A stretch of 64,000 nt of DNA. Source: an uncultured Spirochaetota bacterium. GTDB taxonomy: Bacteria; Spirochaetota; Brevinematia; Brevinematales; JAOACQ01. Location: the NCBI GenBank assembly GCA_963835575.1, contig CAWIGG010000004.1:896001-960000 (forward strand). The letters are read 5' to 3'. Below the pieces are notes generated by a model. The model made no database searches and was not told where the DNA came from. It worked only from the letters and a program-made list of their open reading frames with translations. A program made the position numbers and the translations under genes. Shown piece by piece: positions 29,001 to 38,679 of this stretch; the stretch's first letter is position 1, and the number at the start of each line of letters is the position of its first letter.

Positions 29001-31205
29001 CATTAGATTTAATTCCGCGAATTTCAGCTTTTCATCGGGGTCTGATACAAGCCGGATCCCTTTATTGATCTGATCGACGATATAAAAAATCTTTTCGTAT
29101 AGATATTTTTCTTCGGTTTTTTGGAGAACGCTTTTACCGATCAGGTAGTGCAATTGCGTCTTTTCATCGTCTTCCATGAGAGAATAAGCGGCTTCCTGTA
29201 TCCGGTCATGATGAAATTTATAGGCGTTTCCATGCAGACTGACCAGATCTTCATTAATGGCGGATGTGAGATCGGCCAGGGTTGCTTCGATCGATTTTCC
29301 GGAAACAATGGACAGCGACTCAAGATCAAACCGGTTCCCGATGCATGCGCATATTTTCAATATATCCTGGGTGTTTTTGGGGAGACTGGAGATTTTCCCC
29401 GCCATAAATTCTACAACATTACCGGTGACCTGCATTTCTTCAATCTTATTTATGTCCCATTCCCAGCCGGTCTGGGGGTTTAATTCCAGGATCCGGTTGT
29501 CATAAATCGTTTTTAAAAATTGAATCACGAAAAACGGGTTTCCGCCGGTTTTCTTGTGGATCAGCCCTGTCAGGGGCATTGATTTTTCCGCTTCACAGCG
29601 GAGGATTTTTGTTATCATGATATTTATGAATTTCTCTTCCAGCGGGTTGAGAAGTATTTTATTGACTTTTTTTCCGCTTTTTTGAATTTCATCGATGTTA
29701 ATCGAAAGCGAATGATACTCGCTGACTTCATTATCCCGGTATGCTCCGATCAGAAACAGAAATTTTGTGTCCCGGTTCGTTATGATGGTTTTCAGCAGCT
29801 TTAAACTCGCCAGATCGGCCCATTGAATGTCATCCAAAAAAATGGCCAGGGGATGGTCTTCGGCAGTAAAAACATTGATAAAATTTTGAAACACCAGGTT
29901 GAATCTGTTTTGAGATTCTTCCGGTCCGAGTACAGGCACTTCAGGCTGTTTGCCGATAATAAGCTCCAGCTCCGGTATAACGGATGTGATGACTCTTCCG
30001 TTCGGGCCGAGGGAAGAGAGCAGCTTTTCTTTCCATTCGGTAATTCTCTCTTCGCTTTCGGCAATTATCTGCCTGATAAGGCTCTGGAATGCTTGAATGA
30101 TGGAACTGTACGGAACGCCTTTTCTGAGTTGTTCGTATTTGCCGAAGATAAAATATCCCTTTCTTGCCACGATGGGTTTATGTATTTCATTAATCAGGGC
30201 GGATTTTCCGATGCCCGGATGTCCCAAAACAAGAATCATCTCCCCGGATCCTTTGCCGGCCGTTTCGAAGGCTTCCATCAAAATCTCGAGTTCTTTTTCC
30301 CGGCCGACAATGATTTGAGGGATGTTTAATTTTAATGAAATATCCTTTGTTCCGAGGGGGAATTCGTCAATCTGGCCTTTCTGATGTATCTGATTTAAGC
30401 AGGCGCTTATGTCCTCTTTTAAACCAAGGCTGTTTTGATATCTTTCCTCCGGCGTCTTTGACAGCAGCTTCATTATAATATCTGAAATGACGGCCGGTAC
30501 GGCAGGATTCAATTCCTTGGGCGGCCGCGGCTGACGCGCGATATGCGAATGAATGATTTCCATAGGGTCTTTTGATTTGAATGGGACCTCGCCGGTCAGC
30601 ATTTCATAAAAGGCTATTCCGAGCGAATACAGGTCAGTCCTGTAATCGACGCTTCGGTTCATCCTGCCGGTTTGCTCCGGAGACATATAATAAAGCGTTC
30701 CCTGTATGACATCGGGGTTGTATATTTCATCATTGGAATGCGTTAAAACTGTTGAAATCCCGAAATCGGTGATTTTGACCTTGCCTTCCTTCAGATTGAT
30801 CAGAATATTATCCGGCTTAATATCCAGGTGAATAATATTGTTTTTATGAAGTATTCCGAGGCTGTCGGATAGTTTTAATGCAATCTGCAGGAAGGCGATG
30901 ATATTGATTTTTTTTGTTTTGATGAGTTCTTTTAAGGAAATTCCGTCGAAATCCTCTTCAATGATGGCATAGGCGTCATGATACTTAACCAGATCGTATG
31001 TTTTGATAATTCCGTCCACATTGAGATTTTTTACCAGGCTGTATTCCTGCTTGAACCTGGCGACTTCCGAAGGCGTGGGGTATTTGGTTTTCAGAACCTT
31101 AATAATGACGGTATTGGCTTCATTCTCTTTTTTACCGCGGTAAATAATGGAGTTTCTTGTTTCATGAATTTTTTCCTGGAGGGTGTATTCCGAAAATTTT
31201 TCCAT
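26043..31205 (-). CDS. Ser/Thr kinase / AAA ATPase / GAF / SpoIIE (PP2C) phosphatase
   Basis: HLDIKPDN, ITDFG, GHPGIGKS, GAF, VGGDYYD, IGDVSGHG, FTDGITEA, DDVS. Confidence 0.9.
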   Translation of the reverse strand: MEKFSEYTLQEKIHETRNSIIYRGKKENEANTVIIKVLKTKYPTPSEVARFKQEYSLVKNLNVDGIIKTYDLVKYHDAYAIIEEDFDGISLKELIKTKKINIIAFLQIALKLSDSLGILHKNNIIHLDIKPDNILINLKEGKVKITDFGISTVLTHSNDEIYNPDVIQGTLYYMSPEQTGRMNRSVDYRTDLYSLGIAFYEMLTGEVPFKSKDPMEIIHSHIARQPRPPKELNPAVPAVISDIIMKLLSKTPEERYQNSLGLKEDISACLNQIHQKGQIDEFPLGTKDISLKLNIPQIIVGREKELEILMEAFETAGKGSGEMILVLGHPGIGKSALINEIHKPIVARKGYFIFGKYEQLRKGVPYSSIIQAFQSLIRQIIAESEERITEWKEKLLSSLGPNGRVITSVIPELELIIGKQPEVPVLGPEESQNRFNLVFQNFINVFTAEDHPLAIFLDDIQWADLASLKLLKTIITNRDTKFLFLIGAYRDNEVSEYHSLSINIDEIQKSGKKVNKILLNPLEEKFINIMITKILRCEAEKSMPLTGLIHKKTGGNPFFVIQFLKTIYDNRILELNPQTGWEWDINKIEEMQVTGNVVEFMAGKISSLPKNTQDILKICACIGNRFDLESLSIVSGKSIEATLADLTSAINEDLVSLHGNAYKFHHDRIQEAAYSLMEDDEKTQLHYLIGKSVLQKTEEKYLYEKIFYIVDQINKGIRLVSDPDEKLKFAELNLMAGKKAKNSTAYASAAAYLKTGIELLPDDGWENHYQLAYSLHMERMECEYLTHVFNEAERIFQTIIDNANSNVDKANAYNTMVILYTSQGNYMEALKVGYEGLKMIGIKLPKKASNGMILMQLLRLYFTLGRRKIEDIINIPLTTDPEILAYHFLRNSINLVLYFIDANLYSYSVIGGAINVLKYGNYESSPFTLSALGSIIGSGIGLYDQGYRFGETALKLKEKIASVRNRCRIELAFAMMIQHWKGHAKYDLDYYREAYKHGLEEGDLLYSGHAINLLIMTRLMLGDNIDEILEEYGKYKDFLMGSKDPFVAHAYIEKTQQCLCLKGLTDERGRLNSGEFDEEKQIQYYREEKNLLGVYYLSLALISARYLFGKHSECLPFVFELDQLAEKKIAIGNLHIAEANFYSSLVLTSLYPDAGDGEKKKYEKIIKNNQKKMKIWADNCHENFLHKYLIIEAELAQLKGNLKLSLSLYDQAIKSAHENGYKQNEAIAYERAALLMLRTLNLERAGNYMKEAHYCYKRWGAEAKLKDIEEKYPELISNIMRNTSSLASVADTGSNSGSSSSGSRSLDLTTVIKTSQSLSGEIDLGKLLMNIMKLSIENAGAQRGFLILENKSDNKLYIEAAGRIEEAAEVLQSVPVEGNSSFSVSIVNYVNKTGENIVLSDASGDEQFINDPYINKNHPKSILCTPIRYKGITAGILYLENNLTTHAFTPERLELLQILSTQAAISIENSRLVALRENAAKLETEMKIAATIQSALLPDSPSIEGFDITVYMKPTSDVGGDYYDVINSGSKSWVIIGDVSGHGVPAGLVMMMVQTTIQALVRKYPDLKPSDLLSTVNEAIKYNMNKMNEDKYMTITAFSIGKDGKAVYSGLHQDIIVYRSSSGTVETTPSEGIWLSPWDMNQQNIDCELNLNPGDILLLFTDGITEARNKEGVMFSEEKLAEILKNSGRLRPNDIKDKILEDLQGYKKNDDVSLVILKKM

Positions 31206-31462
31206 AATTTTCCCCTTGTTTGATATCAAGATTAATCATGTGATGGAGCCTTAGAAACAAATTAAATGATTTTTGAATTATGCGCAGTTAATTTTTAAAG
31301 TCTGTATTTCTTGATAAGAGATTTTATATTCCAATTAAAAATATAGCAATAGCTAAATTTTAAATAATCATGACAATCAGGGAATTCAAAAAACGCTGAA
31401 ATTCTCGGGGACGATCGATTTTTCTGGCAAAAATATTCGGGTTGGTTTTTCTTCGGTAAGTT

Positions 31463-32032
31463 TTACCAATTCTCGTTCTTATAAATCAGCGACATAAACT
31501 CGCTGCGCGTCGTGTGCGACGTCCGGAAGCCGCCCAGAACGGAAGAGGTGATCATGTTCGAATTCTGCTTTTCCACGCCGCGCATCATCATGCAGAGGTG
31601 GCGCGCTTCGATGACAACGCCGACGCCTTCCGTGTCGATCGAGTCGTAAACCGCGCGGGCGATCTGGTCCGTCAGGCGCTCCTGGATCTGAAGGCGGCGG
31701 GAATACATGTCGACGATCCTGGCGAGTTTGCTGGCGCCGAGTACCTTCCCCTTGGCGATATAGCCGATATGGCAGCGGCCGAAAAAGGGCAGCATATGGT
31801 GCTCGCACATGCTGTATAGTTCGATGTCTTTTATTATGATCATATTGTTGGTTTCCTGCTGGAAGATGGCCTTATTGATAACTTTTTTTAAATCGGTTTT
31901 ATATCCGGAAGTCAGAAACTTAATTGATTCGGCAAAACGGTGAGGCGTTTTCAAAAGTCCCTGCCTGTCCGGGTCCTCGCCCATCTCAATGATCAACTCG
32001 CGCGCGAGGCTTTCGACTTTTTTAATGTCCAT
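31463..32032 (-). CDS. folE: GTP cyclohydrolase I
   Basis: [28 protein letters not shown]. Confidence 0.96.
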   Translation of the reverse strand: MDIKKVESLARELIIEMGEDPDRQGLLKTPHRFAESIKFLTSGYKTDLKKVINKAIFQQETNNMIIIKDIELYSMCEHHMLPFFGRCHIGYIAKGKVLGASKLARIVDMYSRRLQIQERLTDQIARAVYDSIDTEGVGVVIEARHLCMMMRGVEKQNSNMITSSVLGGFRTSHTTRSEFMSLIYKNENW

Positions 32033-32543
32033 TGCTTAAAATCCTCCTCAGTTTCTTTGTATATCCCAATAAAGGTTTCATATCGTTCTCTTTTAAATTT
32101 TCAGCGATCTGGCCGATGGTTAATCTCCATTCTGGAAACGACATTTCATTATCCAGTTCAAAGAGCGGTATCGCCAGAAAGGGCCTTTTCAGGATATGGG
32201 GATCGGGGATGTCCAGGTCCTTGTCATGGACGGAAAGCCGGCCAAAGACAAGAATATCCAGGTCTATGGGTCGTGATGCGGATTTATCCCCGGTCCTTTT
32301 CCGGCCCAGTTTTTCCTCGATCATCCTCAGGATCAGAAGTTTAAGGTCGGTGGGGGAGTAATGCGTTTCAATCTTCACAACTCCGTTATAATATAAGAGC
32401 TGATCCGGCCTGTCAACCGGTTCAGTCTTATAAAAGGTCGAAATCCCGGTGATATTGACATCTTTAGAAAGCAGATCCAGGGCTTCGATGATGTTTTTTT
32501 CCGGTTCAATATTGGAGCCCATGCCGATATAAGCGGTTTCCAT
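32022..32543 (-). CDS. folK: 2-amino-4-hydroxy-6-hydroxymethyldihydropteridine diphosphokinase
   Basis: [25 protein letters not shown]; start moved to METAY. Confidence 0.93.
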   Translation of the reverse strand: METAYIGMGSNIEPEKNIIEALDLLSKDVNITGISTFYKTEPVDRPDQLLYYNGVVKIETHYSPTDLKLLILRMIEEKLGRKRTGDKSASRPIDLDILVFGRLSVHDKDLDIPDPHILKRPFLAIPLFELDNEMSFPEWRLTIGQIAENLKENDMKPLLGYTKKLRRILSNGH

Positions 32544-32544
32544 T

Positions 32545-32901
32545 TTATTTTTCCTTTTCCCTGTAAATTTCAACGCCGACGCTTCTGGCGAAGCGGAGCG
32601 CGGAAGGCTTTTCCACAAGGACCTGTACTGCCTTCACGCCGCTGAATTCCAGGCAGATTTCCGAGATTTTTTCCGCCAGGGCTTCAATGAGAAAAAACTG
32701 TGAAGATTCTACAGTGCTGAAAACCTGTTTTTTAATGGCGCGGTAATCCACCGTGTCCTCAAAACGGTCTGTCCCGCAGGCTTTTTTCAGATCGGCGGAC
32801 AGAGTGATATTAATAATGACATCCTGTTTTTCCCGCCTTTCCTCCTCGTTAATCCCGATGATGCAGCGGGCCAGCAGGTCTTTAATATGAATTTTATCCA
32901 T
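32545..32901 (-). CDS. folB: Dihydroneopterin aldolase / FolX-like epimerase
   Basis: IIGINEEER, DTVDYR, LIEALAE, VEKP. Confidence 0.85.
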   Translation of the reverse strand: MDKIHIKDLLARCIIGINEEERREKQDVIINITLSADLKKACGTDRFEDTVDYRAIKKQVFSTVESSQFFLIEALAEKISEICLEFSGVKAVQVLVEKPSALRFARSVGVEIYREKEK

Positions 32902-32955
32902 AATGACTCCTCCGATCCTGTTTTATCTATCCGGGGATTTCTAGCTTACAGGTTG

Positions 32956-33054
32956 GAACCACAGATTACACCGATTTTACAGATATTTCTCTAATAAGTC
33001 TGGATTTCTATTTCCAAAACTTATAATCTGTGTTTTCTGTGAAATCTGTGGTTC
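32956..33054. repeat. 9-nt-period inverted-repeat hairpin inside the pterin operon
   Basis: gaaccacagatta-caccgattt-tacagata ... aatctgtgt-tttctgtga-aatctgtggttc. Confidence 0.8.
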
Positions 33055-33105
33055 AGTTTCCTTGTTCCATACCTGTTAAACTATTTATTCTATCAAAATG
33101 TTTTT

Positions 33106-33843
33106 TTAACCTGCCGTTAAGTGCCATCCCCCGTCGACAAAGATGATTTCCCCGGTGATAAATTCGCTCTTTATTAAAAATAAAACAGTTTCCGTTATGT
33201 CCCGGACGCTGCCATGGCGCTTTAATGGGACAGCTTCGCTTAAACCATTAAGGTATTTTTCGTCTTTACCGGCCGGCGGAAGGATCAGACCAGGGGCTAT
33301 GCCGTTGACGCGGATACCGGGGGCGAATTCAAGCGCCGTCAATTTTGTGAATGATTCCAGCATTTTTTTGCCGAATAGATAAGACACATGCTTTTTATTG
33401 AAGCCCTTGATGCGGCTGTCCAGCAGGTTGATTATCACGCCATTTTTTACCTTGAGAGCGAATTCGCGGCTGAGGTAAAAAGGCGCCCAGGCGTTAATCC
33501 GGATATTTTTGATCAGGCCTTCCCATTTTAAATCCATGACAGTATCTGTAGGAAACAGGGAAGCGCTGTTGATGAGGATGTCTAATGAGCCGATCTTTTC
33601 AATTGAGGCGGATATCAAATTTTTATAATCTTTTTCATTTTCAAAATCAGCTTTTATCAAAGAGCATTTCACTCCTTTTTTTTCAAGTTCCAGCCGCAGG
33701 CTTTCCGCCTCGCCGGCCGAATCTTTATAGTGAATGACGATATCCGCTCCTTCAGAAGCCAGCGCGAGCGCAATTTCCCGCCCAATCCTTCTGGCCCCGC
33801 CTGTAATCAGCGCAGTTTTACCCCCTAAAAAGCCTTTCCCCAT
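33106..33843 (-). CDS. Pteridine reductase-like SDR (FolM/PTR1 family)
   Basis: TGGARRIG, NSASLF, YxxxK, RVNGIAPG, VDGG; located in a pterin operon. Confidence 0.85.
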   Translation of the reverse strand: MGKGFLGGKTALITGGARRIGREIALALASEGADIVIHYKDSAGEAESLRLELEKKGVKCSLIKADFENEKDYKNLISASIEKIGSLDILINSASLFPTDTVMDLKWEGLIKNIRINAWAPFYLSREFALKVKNGVIINLLDSRIKGFNKKHVSYLFGKKMLESFTKLTALEFAPGIRVNGIAPGLILPPAGKDEKYLNGLSEAVPLKRHGSVRDITETVLFLIKSEFITGEIIFVDGGWHLTAG

Positions 33844-33845
33844 AT

Positions 33846-34163
33846 TTACCTCAATAAATCGATCTTTGCCGCCAGAATGAAGTCATTCATGGACAAGCCG
33901 CCGATCTTATGCGTCGATAAATTCAGCCTCACTTTATTGTAAGAAATAGCGATGTCGGGATGATGGTCTTCGGCATGCGCTAAATCGGCAACTTTATTGA
34001 CAAACTGCATGGCCTCTTCAAAATCTTTATATATAAATTCCCGAGTTAGAAGGGACGTTTTGAAAATCCAATCCGGTATTTCTTTCAACATCTGCTGTAT
34101 AGTTTTAAGATCAAGCGGCAGGATGTTTTTATCGATACGCGTGCATTTGAGACTGCTGAGCAT
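33846..34163 (-). CDS. phhB: Pterin-4a-carbinolamine dehydratase
   Basis: EDHHPD, STHKIGGLS.NDF.LAAKID. Confidence 0.92.
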   Translation of the reverse strand: MLSSLKCTRIDKNILPLDLKTIQQMLKEIPDWIFKTSLLTREFIYKDFEEAMQFVNKVADLAHAEDHHPDIAISYNKVRLNLSTHKIGGLSMNDFILAAKIDLLR

Positions 34164-34171
34164 AAAGCCTC

Positions 34172-35380
34172 CTAATAGGCGATCGCGTTTTTCAATTCTT
34201 CCGGCTTAATTTTTGTCTGCTTTCGTATTAAATCCCTCGCGGCCGGTATTTTATCCCAGACATTGCAGAGCAAAACGCCTCTGACAATATCGTCTTTCAA
34301 ATAATAAATAATGCCGGTGTCGTATTCTTTTTTCCAGACATCGATAGTATTAAGCTGCGGGTTGATATCGCCGGCCGCCTCGTAGCCGAACTCAAAAAGA
34401 TCCGAGAAAAAGTATGGTATAATATCGAATTTTGTGTAAGCGCCGGCCATGTTGTTGCCCGCTGTTTTACCCTGAGCCATGGAATTATCCCAATGCTCGA
34501 TCCTTAAACGCTCGCCCAGGGCTATTGAAATAAAATTTGTATTATCGCCGGCCGAATAAATGTCCGGGTTGGAAGTCTGCAGGTATTCGTTTACCATGAT
34601 CCCGTTGCCGGTGTTTAATCCGGATTTCTGGGCCAGATCCATCGCCGGCATGATGCCGATGCCCGCGATGATGATGTCTGATATTATTTCTTTTCCATTT
34701 TTTGTTTTTGTTAAGATACTGCGGCCTTTCTTTTCGAAAGAAACCGGAATGTCCTGATTGAGAATTGTTATTCCGCGCTTAATATAATGTTTCTGCATCG
34801 TTGTGCCCAGGCCCTCGGGGAATATCCTCTGCACCATATAATCTTCCGGAAAGATCATGGTTACATCCACTTTATTGATATTAAGGGACGCGGCCAGCTC
34901 GGAACCGATAAAGCCCCCGCCGATGATAACGGCTTTTCTGCCTTCCTCTGCCATGGCGCGGATGTTTTTATAATCGTTCATGGTCCTGAAATAACAGATT
35001 TCATCAAGGCGGCTGTCCGGGATATCCATTTTACGCGGTATCCCGCCTGTGGCAAGGAGAAGTTTTGTATAGGAAATATTTTCCCCATTATCAATAACAA
35101 GTTCTTTTTCCTTTATATCTAGATTGATTACGGTTGTTCCCAGGGCCAGATCGACATGATTGCCTTTATAGAAAGAATCATCATGAAGAAATATCTCTGA
35201 TAGTTTCTTTTTACCCAGCCAGAGCTTCTTGGATAAAGGAGGCCTGTCATACGGCATGTTCTTTTCAGAACCGATGAGTAAAATTGTGCCGTTTTTATCC
35301 ACTTCTCTAATGCCGTCAATGGCCGATACTCCCGCCAACCCGCTTCCCACAATCACATATTGATATTTATTTCCAGTCAT
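34172..35380 (-). CDS. FAD/NAD(P)-dependent oxidoreductase (ferredoxin-reductase-like)
   Basis: GSGLAG, PYDRPPLSK, LLLATG, GGGFIGSE, RIEHWD, PYFFSD. Confidence 0.88.
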   Translation of the reverse strand: MTGNKYQYVIVGSGLAGVSAIDGIREVDKNGTILLIGSEKNMPYDRPPLSKKLWLGKKKLSEIFLHDDSFYKGNHVDLALGTTVINLDIKEKELVIDNGENISYTKLLLATGGIPRKMDIPDSRLDEICYFRTMNDYKNIRAMAEEGRKAVIIGGGFIGSELAASLNINKVDVTMIFPEDYMVQRIFPEGLGTTMQKHYIKRGITILNQDIPVSFEKKGRSILTKTKNGKEIISDIIIAGIGIMPAMDLAQKSGLNTGNGIMVNEYLQTSNPDIYSAGDNTNFISIALGERLRIEHWDNSMAQGKTAGNNMAGAYTKFDIIPYFFSDLFEFGYEAAGDINPQLNTIDVWKKEYDTGIIYYLKDDIVRGVLLCNVWDKIPAARDLIRKQTKIKPEELKNAIAY

Positions 35381-35633
35381 ATCAGCCTCCTATTTCATTT
35401 ATATATCTTTTTAATAATTTAAACATTATTTCTCAATTCGAAAAGACATATTTTTAAATTTATTTCCCAATAGACCATTATTAATTATGAATGGTAAACA
35501 ATATGAATGAAAAATTGACTTTATGTTGGTTGCTTTTTATCATTTTTACCTAAAAATTTGATGATTTGTTCTTTATTATCATTAAAAAGCAGCTGCACAA
35601 GGTTGGGTTTTTAGAACCGCTTTAAAAATATTA

Positions 35634-37153
35634 GTAACTATCCAGCCACTAAAAAATAGTCACATGAAATATTTGCATTGAGCATGAAACCATGCTATTC
35701 TATAGCATGAATGAAGATAGAAGAGAAAAAGACTGTGCGGCCTGCTTAAAACGATTTGAAGGCATCATTGCTGATTTACAAAACCAGATAAAGGAGCAGG
35801 GTTTAATCATTCAAAGACAAGCGGAAAAGATTAAGAAATTGGAAGAACAGCTTAATAAGGACAGCCATAACAGCAATAAACCGCCGTCTTCCGATAATCC
35901 ATTCCAAAATACAGTAAAGAATTTACGGAAAAAGAGCGGTAAAAAACAAGGCGGCCAGTTTGGACATAAGGGAAATACTCTGAAGAAAGTAGAAAGCCCT
36001 GATAAGATCATAGAACATCAGGTTGAAAAATGTTCCTGTTGTGGAATTGATTTAAGTTCCGAATCAGTTAAGCGGACGGAAAGAAGGCAGGTGTTCGATA
36101 TACCTCCGATAAAAGTGGAAGTTACCGAACATCGCTCGGAAGTAAAAGATTGTCCGCATTGCGGTGCGAGAGTAACGGCGGAGTTTCCGGAAGGCATAAC
36201 CAATAAGGCACAGTATGGAAAAAACATTAAAGCGCATCTGGTCTATATGAAAACATATGGGTTGATACCCTATGAAAGGCTTTCGGAATACGCCGAATGT
36301 TTATTGGGAGTGCCGCTCAGCAAGGCAACGATTGAAGGATTTATCCGGGAGACCTACAATAAATTAGAAGAGTATGAACAGAAAGTCATAGAACTGATAC
36401 TAAAAGAAGTGGTTCTTCACTGTGATGAAACCGGTATTCGGATAAAAGGGTTATTAAAATGGCTCCATGTTGCCTCGAATGAACGTTTTACCTATTATTT
36501 TTCTCATGACAAACGCGGCACAGAGGCGATGCGTGCGATGGACATTCTCACAAGATTTACCGGTATTATTATCCACGATGGATGGAAAAGTTATCTGGAA
36601 TTCTTATGCCGTCATGGATTGTGTAATGTACACCATTTGAGAGAGCTAATCTGGATACATGAGGAAATGGGTCAGGAATGGGCTAAGGAGATGGGTAATC
36701 TTCTTATAAGGATTAAGAATGATAAAGAGGCAAGTTTTCCAATACCGGCGGAAAGGATTATAGAATATGATACGGAATATGACCGGATCATCGCGAAAGG
36801 ATTTGCTGTAAATCCAACGCCTGAAAAGCCGGAAGGACTTGTTAAACGCGGCAGAAAAAAGCGGGGCAAGGTTTTATGCCTATTAGACCGATTAAGAAAA
36901 TATAAAGAATCTGTCCTTTTATTTATGCGGGAAAAAGATGTTCCATTCAGCAACAATTTGGCGGAACGGGATATCAGAATGATAAAAGTCCAGCAGAAAA
37001 TATCAGGTACATTCAGAAGCTGGAATGGAGCGGCTGCCTTTTGCAGAATCAGGGGTTATATATCTACAGTAAAAAAGATGGGCGTCAGTGTTTATCAAGC
37101 CCTTATTGACGCGTTGAACGGCTCCGCTATTAAATATGCGGCTGGATAGTTAC
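35634..37153 (+). mobile_element. IS66-family element (single ORF, ISBst12-like)
   Basis: Terminal inverted repeats GTAACTATCCAGCC and an exact 8-bp target duplication AAATATTA on both sides. Confidence 0.93.
35692..37149 (+). CDS. IS66 transposase TnpC
   Basis: SHNSNKPPSSD, GGQFGHKG, zinc finger, HCDETG, CNVHHLREL, NNLAERDIR. Confidence 0.93.
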   Translation: MLFYSMNEDRREKDCAACLKRFEGIIADLQNQIKEQGLIIQRQAEKIKKLEEQLNKDSHNSNKPPSSDNPFQNTVKNLRKKSGKKQGGQFGHKGNTLKKVESPDKIIEHQVEKCSCCGIDLSSESVKRTERRQVFDIPPIKVEVTEHRSEVKDCPHCGARVTAEFPEGITNKAQYGKNIKAHLVYMKTYGLIPYERLSEYAECLLGVPLSKATIEGFIRETYNKLEEYEQKVIELILKEVVLHCDETGIRIKGLLKWLHVASNERFTYYFSHDKRGTEAMRAMDILTRFTGIIIHDGWKSYLEFLCRHGLCNVHHLRELIWIHEEMGQEWAKEMGNLLIRIKNDKEASFPIPAERIIEYDTEYDRIIAKGFAVNPTPEKPEGLVKRGRKKRGKVLCLLDRLRKYKESVLLFMREKDVPFSNNLAERDIRMIKVQQKISGTFRSWNGAAAFCRIRGYISTVKKMGVSVYQALIDALNGSAIKYAAG

Positions 37154-37437
37154 AAATATTATTTAATAAAATTTCATTTTTTTTTAAACTTTATGGTATT
37201 ATATATAGTGGGAAATTGGTTCCGGGGCCGGGTTTAATTCGCCATAAATGAGCAATGTTAAGGTTCTTAATATCAGAAATATATATTTGATGGGAAATTC
37301 GTATCAGCAGCAATTTGTTGTTATTTATCAAGACTTTACGCTCATCAGCTTGTTTAATTAAAAATATCAGGGGAAAGTAAAAAAGTGATTTTGAGGCTGT
37401 ATAATGCATTAATTATGCAGTTGATTATAAAATATTT

Positions 37438-38493
37438 ATGGTGGTATTTATGATAGGTAAAAGATCTATTCATTCATTTTCTTTATTATGCCTGATTATA
37501 TCGGCAGTCAGCTTTTCTTCCTGTGATATTATGGCGAGAACGTTCGGGGACACCGATTTGAGCGGAAATTTAAAGAACCAGCCAAATGCCGATGTCTATG
37601 CGGCCGGTTATTTTGTTAATCCTAACTATCCTAGGGCCTGTTATTGGAAGAACGGTGTTGTAACACAGTTGGAGTCCCTAATGTCCTGTGTGGAATGTTT
37701 ATATATTTCCGGTTCCGATATGTACTGCGGGGGATGGATCAATGACGATAATACACTGCCTAAAGCCTGTATCTGGAAAAACGGCGGCAGGATTTTCACG
37801 GCTGACACCAATTCCGGTATAAGCGCGCTGACTGTCTCAGGGACTAATGTCTATGCCGGAGGAAGTTATAATGATATAGCCTGCATCTGGGTAAATGGGG
37901 TCAGGACAAATTTATATGACACACTATCTTGTGTTTATGCTTTAATTGTGTCAGGCACGGATGTTTACGCGGGCGGCTATTACACCAATGGCGTCATTCC
38001 TTATACGCCTATAGCCTGCATCTGGACAAACGGCGTCTGTATAACTCTGACCAATCTTTATTCTGAAGTGAAGGCGCTGGCGCTGTCCGGCCCGGATATC
38101 TATGCCGGCGGGTATTATACTAATTCTGAAGGGACTTTCATTTCAAAAGCCTGTGTCTGGAAAAACGGGGTCATGACCGGGCTGACGAATATTGATTCCT
38201 GTGTTAACGCTTTGATAATATCGGGATCGGATGTGTATGCCGGAGGATACTGCAGGAGCGGATTAATACAAAAAACCGCCAGCTATTGGAAAAACGGAGC
38301 ATATCAAATGGTGATGAATTCAGATTCGCAGTTATTTGCACTTGAAGTATCGGGTTCGTCAGTCTATGCCGGCGGTTATTATAGCGATACAAATATTCCG
38401 GCTACTATAGCTTGTTATTGGAAAAACAGCAGTGTAACAAGCCTTGAACATATTTCTTCATGTGTTAACGCAATAGCGGTAATACCCCGTTAA
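37438..38493 (+). CDS. Cys-rich beta-propeller lipoprotein
   Basis: Lipobox-like FSSC; about seven repeats of (D/N)VYAGGY...ACxWxNG. Confidence 0.75.
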   Translation: MVVFMIGKRSIHSFSLLCLIISAVSFSSCDIMARTFGDTDLSGNLKNQPNADVYAAGYFVNPNYPRACYWKNGVVTQLESLMSCVECLYISGSDMYCGGWINDDNTLPKACIWKNGGRIFTADTNSGISALTVSGTNVYAGGSYNDIACIWVNGVRTNLYDTLSCVYALIVSGTDVYAGGYYTNGVIPYTPIACIWTNGVCITLTNLYSEVKALALSGPDIYAGGYYTNSEGTFISKACVWKNGVMTGLTNIDSCVNALIISGSDVYAGGYCRSGLIQKTASYWKNGAYQMVMNSDSQLFALEVSGSSVYAGGYYSDTNIPATIACYWKNSSVTSLEHISSCVNAIAVIPR

Positions 38494-38679
38494 AAGAATG
38501 ACATGGCTTATTCTCATTTCAAACAATTCATAATATAAAGATTTTTCTTCAATAAATCAACATGAATATTCCCTTTATATTCACATTAAATCATTATTAA
38601 ATCTTCAAATCGGTCTTAATAACATCAAATCAGTCATAAGTATGAAGTTGAACTTAATTATTAAAAGCTTGTTATTTAT

